Virus record (IMG/VR): IMGVR_UViG_3300017766_004540 | Coordinates: 1 to 33,198 of that record | Reading direction: 5' to 3' (one strand) | From: a virus | Lineage: Duplodnaviria; Caudoviricetes | DNA length: 33,198 bases | Shown: positions 10,352 through 19,383 of the stretch, piece after piece | How the letters are laid out: the number at the start of each line of letters is the position of its first letter | How positions within the stretch are numbered: the stretch's first letter is position 1 | Notes under the pieces: model-generated | What the model was told of the DNA's origin: nothing | Database searches by the model: none | What the model saw: the letters and a program-made list of their open reading frames with translations, nothing else | Program-made: the position numbers and the translations under genes

Positions 10352-10678
10352 TTAAAGTTTACCACCTGATTTATGAGTGGCGTGATCTTCACCTAGGAGA
10401 TCACGCCATTTTTTTCTAACTCTTTCTCTCAAATCATCAACGCCGGTTTCTTTAATAGCAGAGGTTCTAAATCCAGAACAGGTAACATAATTTAGTACGC
10501 GTCGAACCCTCCATGGATCATTGGGATCCTTTTCAAAATAATCGGTAAGCTTACGAAGACATTCTTTGCCTTGTGTATTCCATTTGCCTTTAAACCAAAG
10601 ACGTAGCTTTTGCCATTCTGGATTATCAACTACTTTCTTGATATTGGTTCCCTTAACAATTTGAGCTTCATTCTTCAT
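10352..10678 (-). CDS. Hypothetical basic protein
   Basis: 108 aa ORF abutting its neighbours; RVLNY motif. Confidence 0.6.
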   Translation of the reverse strand: MKNEAQIVKGTNIKKVVDNPEWQKLRLWFKGKWNTQGKECLRKLTDYFEKDPNDPWRVRRVLNYVTCSGFRTSAIKETGVDDLRERVRKKWRDLLGEDHATHKSGGKL

Positions 10679-10699
10679 GAAGTTATAATATGGGGTTTC

Positions 10700-11761
10700 T
10701 TATAGTTCAATTTCATTGAATGCAGAAACATCTACTTCTGTATTTCTTGCGCCAATCTTATAAGAAGTAATACCTGTTTCTTGTGGTGCTACTTGAACCT
10801 TATCTGAATTCATAAATGCATCATACCAAGATCCTAATGGATTCTTTTTAGTATCAAAAATCTTTTTATATCCTAAAGAAGTTAATCGGTTATTAGCTAA
10901 CCATTCAACATATTGTTTTAATACATCTGCATTAAGTCCTAATAATCCACCATTTGAAAAGAGGTAATCGGCCCATTTCTTTTCAATATCTACTGCTAAT
11001 CCATAAGCATCATAAATCTTCTGTTCGTTAGCTTTAACAATGTCTTGGAAGCCTTCTTCTGGATTATTCTTCAAATAACCAAGAACATTCTGGCTTACTG
11101 CAACATGAAGGTTTTCATCTCTTGCAATGAGCTTAATGATTTTAGCATTCCCTTCCATCTTTCCCCTTGCGCCGAAGAAAAAACTACATACGAAAGAAGT
11201 ATAAAAAGCAAGACCTTCAGTAATTTGCGTAGATAAAAGCGCATCAAATATCTGAGTTCTAACATCACTATTTTGCCCAAATAATTTATCATAATCTTTT
11301 TTAGCAGCATTGGCTCTACTTTGAATCTCTCCATCTGTAAGAATTGAATTCCAGAATGTTGATTCGTCTGGATAAACATTCTTAAGAATGTGTGAATAAG
11401 AACGTGAATGAATGTTAGATTCAAAGAATGCCCATACATTCATAGCAGCTTCTAATTCAGGATTAGAGACATATTCAGCCATTTTAAAGATAGAGCGTGA
11501 TAACATACTATCAGTCATGGTTTGCCATTTAAGATTCGTATCAAAAACAAACCTTTCTGCATCACTCAATTCATGATAGTCATTACGATCTTTTAAAAGA
11601 GATACCTCATTTGGTCTCCAAAAGAATTCTTCCATCTTCTCTGCCAATTCAAATAGCTTTGGATATTTCAATTGATCATACCGCTGCAAAGAGAGATCTT
11701 TGCCTAAGAAAAGTGGTTCGTTCCGCGTATCAACATTATCAATATTCAAAACAGTTCTCAT
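10700..11761 (-). CDS. nrdB: Ribonucleotide reductase class Ia beta subunit
   Basis: FFWRPNEV, D ligand (TMTDS), E..IHSRSY with radical Tyr, EGLAFY.SF, RDENLH, VAPQE. Confidence 0.95.
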   Translation of the reverse strand: MRTVLNIDNVDTRNEPLFLGKDLSLQRYDQLKYPKLFELAEKMEEFFWRPNEVSLLKDRNDYHELSDAERFVFDTNLKWQTMTDSMLSRSIFKMAEYVSNPELEAAMNVWAFFESNIHSRSYSHILKNVYPDESTFWNSILTDGEIQSRANAAKKDYDKLFGQNSDVRTQIFDALLSTQITEGLAFYTSFVCSFFFGARGKMEGNAKIIKLIARDENLHVAVSQNVLGYLKNNPEEGFQDIVKANEQKIYDAYGLAVDIEKKWADYLFSNGGLLGLNADVLKQYVEWLANNRLTSLGYKKIFDTKKNPLGSWYDAFMNSDKVQVAPQETGITSYKIGARNTEVDVSAFNEIEL

Positions 11762-11776
11762 AATTTTATTATAGTA

Positions 11777-12031
11777 TTATTTTTTAGATATCCATTTAAT
11801 TCTTTTACTACTCTTCTTTTTTCTTTTAGACCCCGTGCACATAGCCTTAGTAGGTCTACATGCGGGATAACCCTTTCTTTTTTCGCCTTCTTGTCTTCCG
11901 CATGGTTTACCTGTTTTACAATCAATCCATCCCTTACCATGATTGCGATCAAACCAACCTTTAAGGCCCCTTTCTTTTTCTAGTTTAAAACCTTCTAGAA
12001 GAAGATCTATTAATTGGTCTAGAGTGTTCAT
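11777..12031 (-). CDS. Small basic Cys-containing protein of a T4-like phage conserved type
   Basis: GL..WF...W.D....PCGR..GE...YPACRP; ATGA-coupled to the upstream 53-aa ORF. Confidence 0.7.
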   Translation of the reverse strand: MNTLDQLIDLLLEGFKLEKERGLKGWFDRNHGKGWIDCKTGKPCGRQEGEKRKGYPACRPTKAMCTGSKRKKKSSKRIKWISKK

Positions 12032-12189
12032 TTTGATTTACCCCAGTTTTTAGCACCCCTTTTTCTGCATTTAACTAATGCGCCCGATGCATAAGCAGAA
12101 GGCCATACTTTGTATCTACTCTTTACCTTATAATAGCAAGCATCCTTCTTCTCACGAAGAAGGATGTCAATCATCTCATTTAAATCCAT
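12028..12189 (-). CDS. Small basic 'WPSAYAS' protein, 53 aa, not in ORF track
   Basis: Manual translation MDLNEMIDILLREKKDACYYKVKSRYKVWPSAYASGALVKCRKKGAKNWGKSK; ATG 5 nt after ATAAATA; motif recalled from T4-like marine phages. Confidence 0.75.
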   Translation of the reverse strand: MDLNEMIDILLREKKDACYYKVKSRYKVWPSAYASGALVKCRKRGAKNWGKSK

Positions 12190-12206
12190 GTATATATTTA
12201 TCTATA

Positions 12207-14450
12207 TCATAGGGTACAAGCTCCACCAGCACATTTCTCATCACTACTTGCGGACTGTTTATCTCCGTCTGACGTATTAGAATAATATAAACATTTAATG
12301 CCCATAGAATAAGCATGTAATAAATCTTTTATCACTACAGCATCAGGAAGTAAGCGATCTGGATAATTATCATAATTATAATAGAGGTTACCTGATATTG
12401 CTTGGTCAATCCATTTTTGAGCCGCGGCCATTACATTGATAAGACCAATATTATCTGGCATATCAAATGCTAAAGTATACTTATTTTTATTAGTTGCAAA
12501 ATTAGGTACCAAAACAGGTATAGTAGAAGCTTTGGAAGTTTTATATGTCATCAAAGATCTTACCGGCTCAATGCCGTTAGTAGAATTTTGAATCACCGAT
12601 GAGCTTTCTACAGGCATTTGTGCGGTTAAAGTAGAATTTCTCAATCCATGCTTAAGAATACGAGCTCTCAAATCATTCCAATCCATTGATGATTTTCTAG
12701 TGACAATCTGATCTACTTTTGTTTTATAAGTGTCGATTGGCAAAATACCTTTGCTATATTTGGTTAAATGAAATTTTTCACACTTGCCTTTCTCTTCTGC
12801 TAAAGTACATGATGCTGATAATAAATGATATTGGATCTTTTCAAACCATTCATCGACAAAATTAGGAGCTTCTGTATCTGTATATTTGATATTGTTCTTA
12901 GCTAGGAGAGCGGCTAGATTGGTAACACCAACGCCTAATGCTCTTCTACCTTCAATAAAATTCTTTGCAGCTGGTGTAAACCAATCTTGATAAGAGATCA
13001 ATTCATCCAACATGCGAACAATAATATCACAAGTATTAATTAAATCAGCATCATCCTTAATCTCTAGTAAATTAAGCGCAGAAAGTATGCAAATACCGAT
13101 TTCACCATTTGGATCATCAATATGATTAATTGGTGTTGTAGGGAACGTAATTTCAGTGCATAGATTGGTCATGGTAACGCGGTCTAAGAATGCACCATGA
13201 TCATTACAGTGATCAATATTCATTGCATAGATGCGGCCGGTTTCTGTTCTTTCTTTTACGAACAATGACATTAGTTGCTTTGCACTTATCTTGCGTTTAT
13301 ACCGTATTTTTGCGTTGTTCTCAGCGGCTTTATAGAGCTCGTCAAATTCTGGTAACCCCCACGAATCAACTAATTCAGGAACCTCGTGCGGTGAGAACAA
13401 AGTAATACCTTCATTCTTCATAAAGCGCTCATAGAACAGCTTTGAAAATTGAATGACGTAGTCTAGATGTCTGACACGTGAATCTTCGGTACCGCCATTA
13501 TTTTTTAATACCATGACGTCTTCAATATCCCAATGCCAGAAGGGGGTATTAACAGTACCGCCACCACCGCGCAAACCATTTTGTTGAAGTGATTTTACCG
13601 TAGATTCAAAAACCTTTAAGAAAGGAATAGCACCAGTATGAATAACAGAACCACCTTTGATTTCAGTACCCAAACCACGAATACGACCAAAATTCAAACC
13701 AATGCCATATCGTTGCGCTGTTGCATAACCAGAAGCCATTACAGAAGAGAATATACTTTCTTTTGAATCACCAACATCAATAAGACAGCAAGATGCATAT
13801 TGCTTGAGTGGGCCCCGAATACCAGCCATTTGCGGCGTCGGTAAGTTAATTTTAAATTTAGAGAAAGCATCATACGCCTTCTTAACATAATTCAAACGAA
13901 TGTCCTTAGGATATTTATGAAAGGCTACCATAGCAATAAGCATATAAACAAATTGCGGTGTTTCATAGATCTCTTTTGTTTTGCGATTCTGAATAAGATA
14001 CTTATCCACTAATTGTTTAATACCAGCATAGGTAAAGTTGTAATCCCTATCGTGGTTAATTTTTTCATCTAACTTATCAATTTCGTCTAAAGAATACATT
14101 TCTAATAGATCAACATCATATACCGATCGCTCTATATTCCTTTTAATAAGATCAATAAGCTTAGGTGGATTTTTACCGCCCCAAACATCTTTACGCAATT
14201 GATAATTTAAAAGTCGTGATGCTACCCATTGATAATTGGGCGAATCTTCAGTAAAGAGATTAGCTGCAGATTCAATTAGAACTTTATGGATTTCCTTTGT
14301 AGAAATCCCGTCCACGATATTAATTTTAGCATTGATTTCGATATCAGAAAGAGATACACCAGATATCCCCTCTATAGCCCACGAAATAACTTTATTAATT
14401 TTCTCAACATCAAATTCTTCTTTCTCTTTATTTCGCTTTACAACTTTCAT
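12207..14450 (-). CDS. nrdA: Ribonucleotide reductase class Ia alpha subunit with ATP cone
   Basis: VVKRN ATP cone, YETPQ, LPTP.MAG, ASCCL, TNLCTEI, MPVESSS, NGIEP, CLYY, C-terminal CAGGAC. Confidence 0.97.
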   Translation of the reverse strand: MKVVKRNKEKEEFDVEKINKVISWAIEGISGVSLSDIEINAKINIVDGISTKEIHKVLIESAANLFTEDSPNYQWVASRLLNYQLRKDVWGGKNPPKLIDLIKRNIERSVYDVDLLEMYSLDEIDKLDEKINHDRDYNFTYAGIKQLVDKYLIQNRKTKEIYETPQFVYMLIAMVAFHKYPKDIRLNYVKKAYDAFSKFKINLPTPQMAGIRGPLKQYASCCLIDVGDSKESIFSSVMASGYATAQRYGIGLNFGRIRGLGTEIKGGSVIHTGAIPFLKVFESTVKSLQQNGLRGGGGTVNTPFWHWDIEDVMVLKNNGGTEDSRVRHLDYVIQFSKLFYERFMKNEGITLFSPHEVPELVDSWGLPEFDELYKAAENNAKIRYKRKISAKQLMSLFVKERTETGRIYAMNIDHCNDHGAFLDRVTMTNLCTEITFPTTPINHIDDPNGEIGICILSALNLLEIKDDADLINTCDIIVRMLDELISYQDWFTPAAKNFIEGRRALGVGVTNLAALLAKNNIKYTDTEAPNFVDEWFEKIQYHLLSASCTLAEEKGKCEKFHLTKYSKGILPIDTYKTKVDQIVTRKSSMDWNDLRARILKHGLRNSTLTAQMPVESSSVIQNSTNGIEPVRSLMTYKTSKASTIPVLVPNFATNKNKYTLAFDMPDNIGLINVMAAAQKWIDQAISGNLYYNYDNYPDRLLPDAVVIKDLLHAYSMGIKCLYYSNTSDGDKQSASSDEKCAGGACTL

Positions 14451-14524
14451 AGGACATGTATTTAGGAAGTATGATTATGACTTAGCTTGTTTAAAAAACA
14501 ATATTAAAAATAGATAAATAGGCA

Positions 14525-14860
14525 TCAAAGCTTCTTTATATTTTCAATAAATGCGGCGACGTCAGGATCTGATTTCTTAATACTAATACTTTCAAATCTA
14601 GCTAGATCATCATTTTCATTTAAATTCTTGATGTCATCAAGAATTGATTGGTCGATAACAGGAACCTTTTTATCGACCTTTAAAAGGTCTCTAATCTCAT
14701 CAATTGAATAACCCCTATTCAATAATCCTGAAGCCTGTCTGCATACATACTTCTTTTGAAGTTCTTCTTCATTACCAAATTCTGTTACTTTTTTTTGGTA
14801 ATATTCATTATTAAAATTAAAACTCTTTCCTGTAATTACGCAGGTTACTTTTTTTGCCAT
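14525..14860 (-). CDS. Hypothetical protein
   Basis: 111 aa ORF (TCVITGK..YVCR); ATG 5 nt after TAAAAT. Confidence 0.65.
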   Translation of the reverse strand: MAKKVTCVITGKSFNFNNEYYQKKVTEFGNEEELQKKYVCRQASGLLNRGYSIDEIRDLLKVDKKVPVIDQSILDDIKNLNENDDLARFESISIKKSDPDVAAFIENIKKL

Positions 14861-14868
14861 GCTTTATT

Positions 14869-15045
14869 TTAAGATCTTTTTTTTCTTTTTCTCTTCTTTT
14901 TTAATAAAACCGGTTTGTCTTCGATGGGATTTGTTCCCATGGGGACATAACCCGCAAAATTGCCAGAGAAAGAATAAAGATTTTGAGGAGCATAAGGGGG
15001 GTTATACTCTTCTAACATCATTAAAATTAATTCATTTAAATTCAT
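14869..15045 (-). CDS. Small protein with Lys/Arg-rich tail, 58 aa, not in ORF track
   Basis: Manual translation MNLNELILMMLEEYNPPYAPQNLYSFSGNFAGYVPMGTNPIEDKPVLLKKKRKRKKRS; fills the gap directly after the PRTase stop. Confidence 0.6.
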   Translation of the reverse strand: MNLNELILMMLEEYNPPYAPQNLYSFSGNFAGYVPMGTNPIEDKPVLLKKKRKRKKRS

Positions 15046-15046
15046 A

Positions 15047-15493
15047 TTATTCCCACGGAAATACTAACCATGTATCTTTTTCAAATTGTCTGCTATAAAA
15101 ATCGGGTACTAATGAAGTACCTGTCTTTGTATAAGGTGCTAACGTATATACGTTATCAAATATATATTTATAATTATCTACTGCAAATTGAAATGTATTT
15201 CCAGAATCAGATAAATCATCAACTATCAAAAGATTTTTGCGTTGATCTATAACACTAACAATAGAATCCATACAAGTCTGATATAACACAATGTCGGATT
15301 GTTTATTATCATTGGTGTATGATTTTAAACCGAGCATTCGAAGAGGGATGTTTAATTTATTTGAAATAATAGTAGCAGGAATAGAACCGCCGCGCATCAA
15401 ACCTATGACTAAATCAAATTTCTTATTCAGCTGATTAATACAGCAATTGATATCACTTTGAAAGTCATTCCAGGTAATAATTACTTTTTCCAT
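15047..15493 (-). CDS. Type I purine phosphoribosyltransferase (Gpt/XGPRT-like)
   Basis: IGLMRGG..PA, PRPP-binding LIVDDLSDSGNT, C-terminal WLVFPWE. Confidence 0.88.
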   Translation of the reverse strand: MEKVIITWNDFQSDINCCINQLNKKFDLVIGLMRGGSIPATIISNKLNIPLRMLGLKSYTNDNKQSDIVLYQTCMDSIVSVIDQRKNLLIVDDLSDSGNTFQFAVDNYKYIFDNVYTLAPYTKTGTSLVPDFYSRQFEKDTWLVFPWE

Positions 15494-15528
15494 ATTTCAT
15501 TATAATCACTTTTCTTATAAATATCTAT

Positions 15529-15885
15529 ATGGCAGATGATTTTTATGCTTTAAAGCGCATTTATGAAGGTTATAATGTTGGAACGCAATCTAGTTTTCAA
15601 CATTCTGATGTGACATCTGACCATGATCATTCTTATGAAACAACTTCATCTATGATGGGACCCGGCCATGGCCCAGTAGTAGGAAGTAATACGGGATTGG
15701 GATCAGCTGAAGATATTTTAGATGCTCCTATAAAAAGATATTCGGCTGATGAATTAAAAGATGATTTGATTAAAAGAATTAGTGAAGAATTGGATGAAGC
15801 TAAAGAACAAAAAATGTCTTATGCTGAAAATTCTCTTAAAAGACTTTTGAATTTTTTACTTGATCTAGATAAAACACAAGATTAA
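15529..15885 (+). CDS. Hypothetical late protein
   Basis: 118 aa; ATG 5 nt after TATAAATA. Confidence 0.6.
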   Translation: MADDFYALKRIYEGYNVGTQSSFQHSDVTSDHDHSYETTSSMMGPGHGPVVGSNTGLGSAEDILDAPIKRYSADELKDDLIKRISEELDEAKEQKMSYAENSLKRLLNFLLDLDKTQD

Positions 15886-16151
15886 TGTTTTACAATAAAA
15901 TCATGGATTGTGTCTACTGTCCATGAAAATGCCGCGGCAGCCGTTGGAAATAATAAAGCATAAATAGTACCATGCTTTATGAAAATAAGAGGCGAAAGAA
16001 TTACACCAGACCAAAAACCCAAACATAATGAACATTTAAAGAGTTCATTAAAAAAAGAATTAGTAGATAATATATCTCTAATTTTTTTAAGGATTGACCC
16101 ATATTTTAAAATATAGGTCAAACCTAGAGAACTGATCAGCTCAAACCACAT
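15882..16151 (-). CDS. Small membrane protein, DUF1360-like (CxxCxxxW)
   Basis: ELFKCSLCLGFWSG plus hydrophobic helices. Confidence 0.6.
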   Translation of the reverse strand: MWFELISSLGLTYILKYGSILKKIRDILSTNSFFNELFKCSLCLGFWSGVILSPLIFIKHGTIYALLFPTAAAAFSWTVDTIHDFIVKH

Positions 16152-16333
16152 GCATTAGTATCACATTGATTTTCTACTTGATACTGTGTAACAGCTTCTT
16201 TCAACATAATAAATTCTTCTTTTGTCAATTTAATTTGACCACCAAAATCATCCGAGATAGAAATATCATTTTCATTTTCGGTAATTACAGGACAACAAGA
16301 ACCATTTCTGCCGCATAATGTGTACTTAAACAT
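16136..16333 (-). CDS. Hypothetical Cys-rich small protein
   Basis: CGRNGSCCPV..ISDDFGGQIKLT; overlaps the start of the downstream gene. Confidence 0.55.
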   Translation of the reverse strand: MFKYTLCGRNGSCCPVITENENDISISDDFGGQIKLTKEEFIMLKEAVTQYQVENQCDTNACGLS

Positions 16334-16378
16334 ATATTAAATTTATTATTAATATATTATATTTCAATAAATAATGAC

Positions 16379-17374
16379 ATGTTTTCAATTGGTAGTTTAA
16401 TTTTAGAGCAGCTTTATATGCAAATGAAGGACATGAATGAAAAGGCTGTCAATAAAATTGAAGACCTTGTTTTATATATAAAAAATTATATTAAAGAACA
16501 AAGCAGCCAATACAAAAATTTATCATTCGAACAATTTGTTGTTGCGGCATTTAGAGGCAAAAATGAACAGCGAATACAAAGTTTATACGCCTTAAAAAAA
16601 GCTTTAACTCTTAAGGGATACAATGCAAAGGTCGTTGATTCAATACCTAGTGCACATGGTTATGAACAAAAAATTCCCGGATTATATTTTGGAAAATTGC
16701 CGGTATATGATGAAGAGAAACAAGAAGAAAAAACTGTTGACATTTATTTTACAATAGAATTTGGACTAGCATTGGCATATACATTTGCAGAAGAAGGTAT
16801 ACTAGTAATATGTCCCGAAATTTTCTTTAAATCAACGCATGATATAAATGGATTATTATATCATGAAATGATACATCTCACACAGCCAACAAAAAAAATG
16901 CCTAGGCGATATGTAAAAAGTCGCGCTATTAATCCACGTCCTGGCAGAGTCGGACTACAAGATTATTTTGATTATATAAGGGCCAAAATAGAATTCGAAG
17001 CAGCATTAGGTGGTGTTATACAATCTCTTAGACGTAATTTTAAAACCCTCTATAATAAAGCGCCTAATGATCAATTGTGGCAAAGAACTCGCGATATACA
17101 ATTGAACAAACTCAAAACATTAACAGAATTGGATCGAAAAGCTGTTTTAAAAGAATTTAGCATTAATTATACTGAAGAAAATCACATGCCTTTTGAAAAT
17201 TCAATTATCCCTTTTGACGAACAAATTTTATTACAGACAATATATTTTGCTTCACTAGGAGATGAAAAAACCTCAACCGGTAATGTTGGTCGGTTGAGGT
17301 GGAATCAATTAATTAATGGATTTAAGGCACTTTATAACGAATTATCACAATCTGAAGATTATGCAACGAAGTAA
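16379..17374 (+). CDS. Hypothetical protein with HExxH zinc-metallopeptidase-like motif
   Basis: LLYHEMIHLTQ and downstream EFEA; ATG 5 nt after ATAAATA. Confidence 0.55.
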   Translation: MFSIGSLILEQLYMQMKDMNEKAVNKIEDLVLYIKNYIKEQSSQYKNLSFEQFVVAAFRGKNEQRIQSLYALKKALTLKGYNAKVVDSIPSAHGYEQKIPGLYFGKLPVYDEEKQEEKTVDIYFTIEFGLALAYTFAEEGILVICPEIFFKSTHDINGLLYHEMIHLTQPTKKMPRRYVKSRAINPRPGRVGLQDYFDYIRAKIEFEAALGGVIQSLRRNFKTLYNKAPNDQLWQRTRDIQLNKLKTLTELDRKAVLKEFSINYTEENHMPFENSIIPFDEQILLQTIYFASLGDEKTSTGNVGRLRWNQLINGFKALYNELSQSEDYATK

Positions 17375-17928
17375 TTGTTTTGAATAAACTTTTTAACTTC
17401 ATGTAAAATAATACTAACACGATCTTCTACCGAACCCGATAGTCGAACAATCTTTGGAGGATTCTTATAGGTTGAAATATTTTCTAACCACTTCTCATAG
17501 TAATAAACAACCTTATCAAAGAATGCTTTATCTGTTGGTCTAGTACCATCTTCTTTTAATTCTAACTCTGGTTCAATATAAAAGATAATGTCATAACTTT
17601 TAAAACATTTTGATGCAATAATACCCAATGCTTGTTTAAAATCATTATCATCAAAATTTTCTAAAACGGTTTGTGTATACGATAGTCCATCTAATACACA
17701 TCTATCAGCAATAATGGAACCTTTCTTCTTGCTGTATTCATAATACTTTGCGAGTACAAATAATTGCGTAACCTCGTCACCATCTTGGTTGATAGAAAAT
17801 CCCTGCTTTTGAAGATCTCTGATTGGTGAAGAAATAAATTCATAATCTTTAAGCATTGCATTATTTTTTAATGCATTACATAAAGTGGTCTTACCTTGAC
17901 TGTGTGCACCTGAAATACAAATATACAT
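17359..17928 (-). CDS. NadR/AAA_28-like nucleoside/nucleotide kinase
   Basis: ISGAHSQGKTT P-loop, IADRCVLD..Y, YDIIFY, EDGTR, L.GSVEDR. Confidence 0.8.
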   Translation of the reverse strand: MYICISGAHSQGKTTLCNALKNNAMLKDYEFISSPIRDLQKQGFSINQDGDEVTQLFVLAKYYEYSKKKGSIIADRCVLDGLSYTQTVLENFDDNDFKQALGIIASKCFKSYDIIFYIEPELELKEDGTRPTDKAFFDKVVYYYEKWLENISTYKNPPKIVRLSGSVEDRVSIILHEVKKFIQNNYFVA

Positions 17929-17949
17929 AGACGTATTATATATTAAAAA

Positions 17950-18750
17950 TTATTTTCTGCCAACAATTTGTTTGAATGATTCAATATTATATTTGATCAA
18001 ATCCAATTGATCATCATCTAATGTAGCACCAATATTATCTGCTAATAAGCCCATTGGTTTATCTTTTAAGCCCAAATCACCATTATATTTCATATAGTTA
18101 AATCCAGCCATAACCGGGTTACTAGTATCAACACTTCTAATATTATGAATATTTTTCTTCCAATAATATTTGAATTCTTGCGGCAATGCACAGCCCAAAA
18201 GGTGATGCGGTTTATCCCAATTCCAAATACCATCATCAATTAAATTTCTAATTAACCGTTGCCTGCCTGAAACCATTCTCTCTAATTTATTTTTACCGGT
18301 ACCTAGGTATTCAAAGAAACTATATGCAAATGAAACAGCAATATAGTCTGCATGTTCTGACATGAACTTATAACAGTCTACAAAGTCTTGATATGTCTTC
18401 CCTTGAGTAGCACCAATCTTAAGAGATTTGATATCATTATATTCAGTAGTAAATTTTGTGAATGAATCTCTTGTAGCTTTACTATCTTCCCAAACATCAG
18501 GAACAATATAATAAGTAGGTTCAAGTAATTGAATCCATTTATGATATTCCTTGCTTTCGAAAGCTGTACCTAATTCAAAAATACTATTATCTAATAATAC
18601 TTCACGATTAGCTAATACTGAAGATCTGAAAAAATTAAAATAATTATGATTATGTTCAAAAAGATGAACTAATGCATAATCGTAATCATTATAATTAATA
18701 GAATCTTTCAATAAGCATAATGGAGATTCATGCGATACTTTAATATTCAT
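17950..18750 (-). CDS. TGT/DpdA-like guanine transglycosylase-fold protein
   Basis: LLDNS.FELG, IVPDV, QG, HHLLG, SVDTSNP resemble the TGT-superfamily catalytic motifs (D-S, PDV, HxLG, SxDS/T). Confidence 0.6.
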   Translation of the reverse strand: MNIKVSHESPLCLLKDSINYNDYDYALVHLFEHNHNYFNFFRSSVLANREVLLDNSIFELGTAFESKEYHKWIQLLEPTYYIVPDVWEDSKATRDSFTKFTTEYNDIKSLKIGATQGKTYQDFVDCYKFMSEHADYIAVSFAYSFFEYLGTGKNKLERMVSGRQRLIRNLIDDGIWNWDKPHHLLGCALPQEFKYYWKKNIHNIRSVDTSNPVMAGFNYMKYNGDLGLKDKPMGLLADNIGATLDDDQLDLIKYNIESFKQIVGRK

Positions 18751-18756
18751 ATAATG

Positions 18757-18785
18757 ATTATATTGAGATACTTTTGAAATTTCAA
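18757..18785 (-). promoter_or_regulatory. Sigma70-type early promoter, leaderless
   Basis: On the minus strand TTGAAA-N17-TATAAT, then 6 nt to ATG 18750. Confidence 0.7.
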
Positions 18786-18797
18786 GTAAATATTTTA

Positions 18798-19382
18798 GTG
18801 GAGATATTGAAACTAGCCGGCAATTTTTCGGGAAAGATGAATGATCTAGACCGCCTTGTCAAGATGTCACAAGGATTGATGTGTCTAGGGATGACAGCTG
18901 CTTCGTTACTAGCTAATCCGACAAATCTTTTTAAGGCAGTTGGATCCATAGCTGCTACCGCGGGGAATTTAATTGCAAATGCTGTCGCTGATAGGCTTTC
19001 CAGGAGAGTTGGTGATTTAACCAAAACTATAGTAGCGCCTTTAAAATTAATATCATCTTATCTAACAAGTATCAAAAATATACTTGATAATTTTGAAAGT
19101 GTATATCAAAAAATTAAGGGTAAAAAGGGTGATCTAGCTAGTTTTCTTTTTAATACACAAAATTGTGCTATACAAGCAGGTAATTTTTTAAATTGTATCT
19201 CAGCAGTAATAGCTCAAAAAGTTACTAAAAAGGCATTATTAAAAATTGATACTGAATTTGATAAAATACAAAAAGAAGTGGCTGCATCTGTGTATGCAGC
19301 TGGTGGCATATTAGAGCAAAGTGCTGGTCGACAAATTAGACAAGTAGAAAGATTATCAAAACAATTAAACGCAATGTTATAA
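18798..19382 (+). CDS. Hypothetical helical baseplate-associated protein
   Basis: First gene of the gp5-like operon; GTG 18798 lies 5 nt after TAAATA (track start TTG 18774 is less likely). Confidence 0.6.
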   Translation: MEILKLAGNFSGKMNDLDRLVKMSQGLMCLGMTAASLLANPTNLFKAVGSIAATAGNLIANAVADRLSRRVGDLTKTIVAPLKLISSYLTSIKNILDNFESVYQKIKGKKGDLASFLFNTQNCAIQAGNFLNCISAVIAQKVTKKALLKIDTEFDKIQKEVAASVYAAGGILEQSAGRQIRQVERLSKQLNAML

Positions 19383-19383
19383 T

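Noticed and set aside
12207-14450. Intron or intein in nrdA/nrdB
   Set aside because: Both ORFs are continuous and of normal length; the two small ORFs between them are not endonuclease-like.
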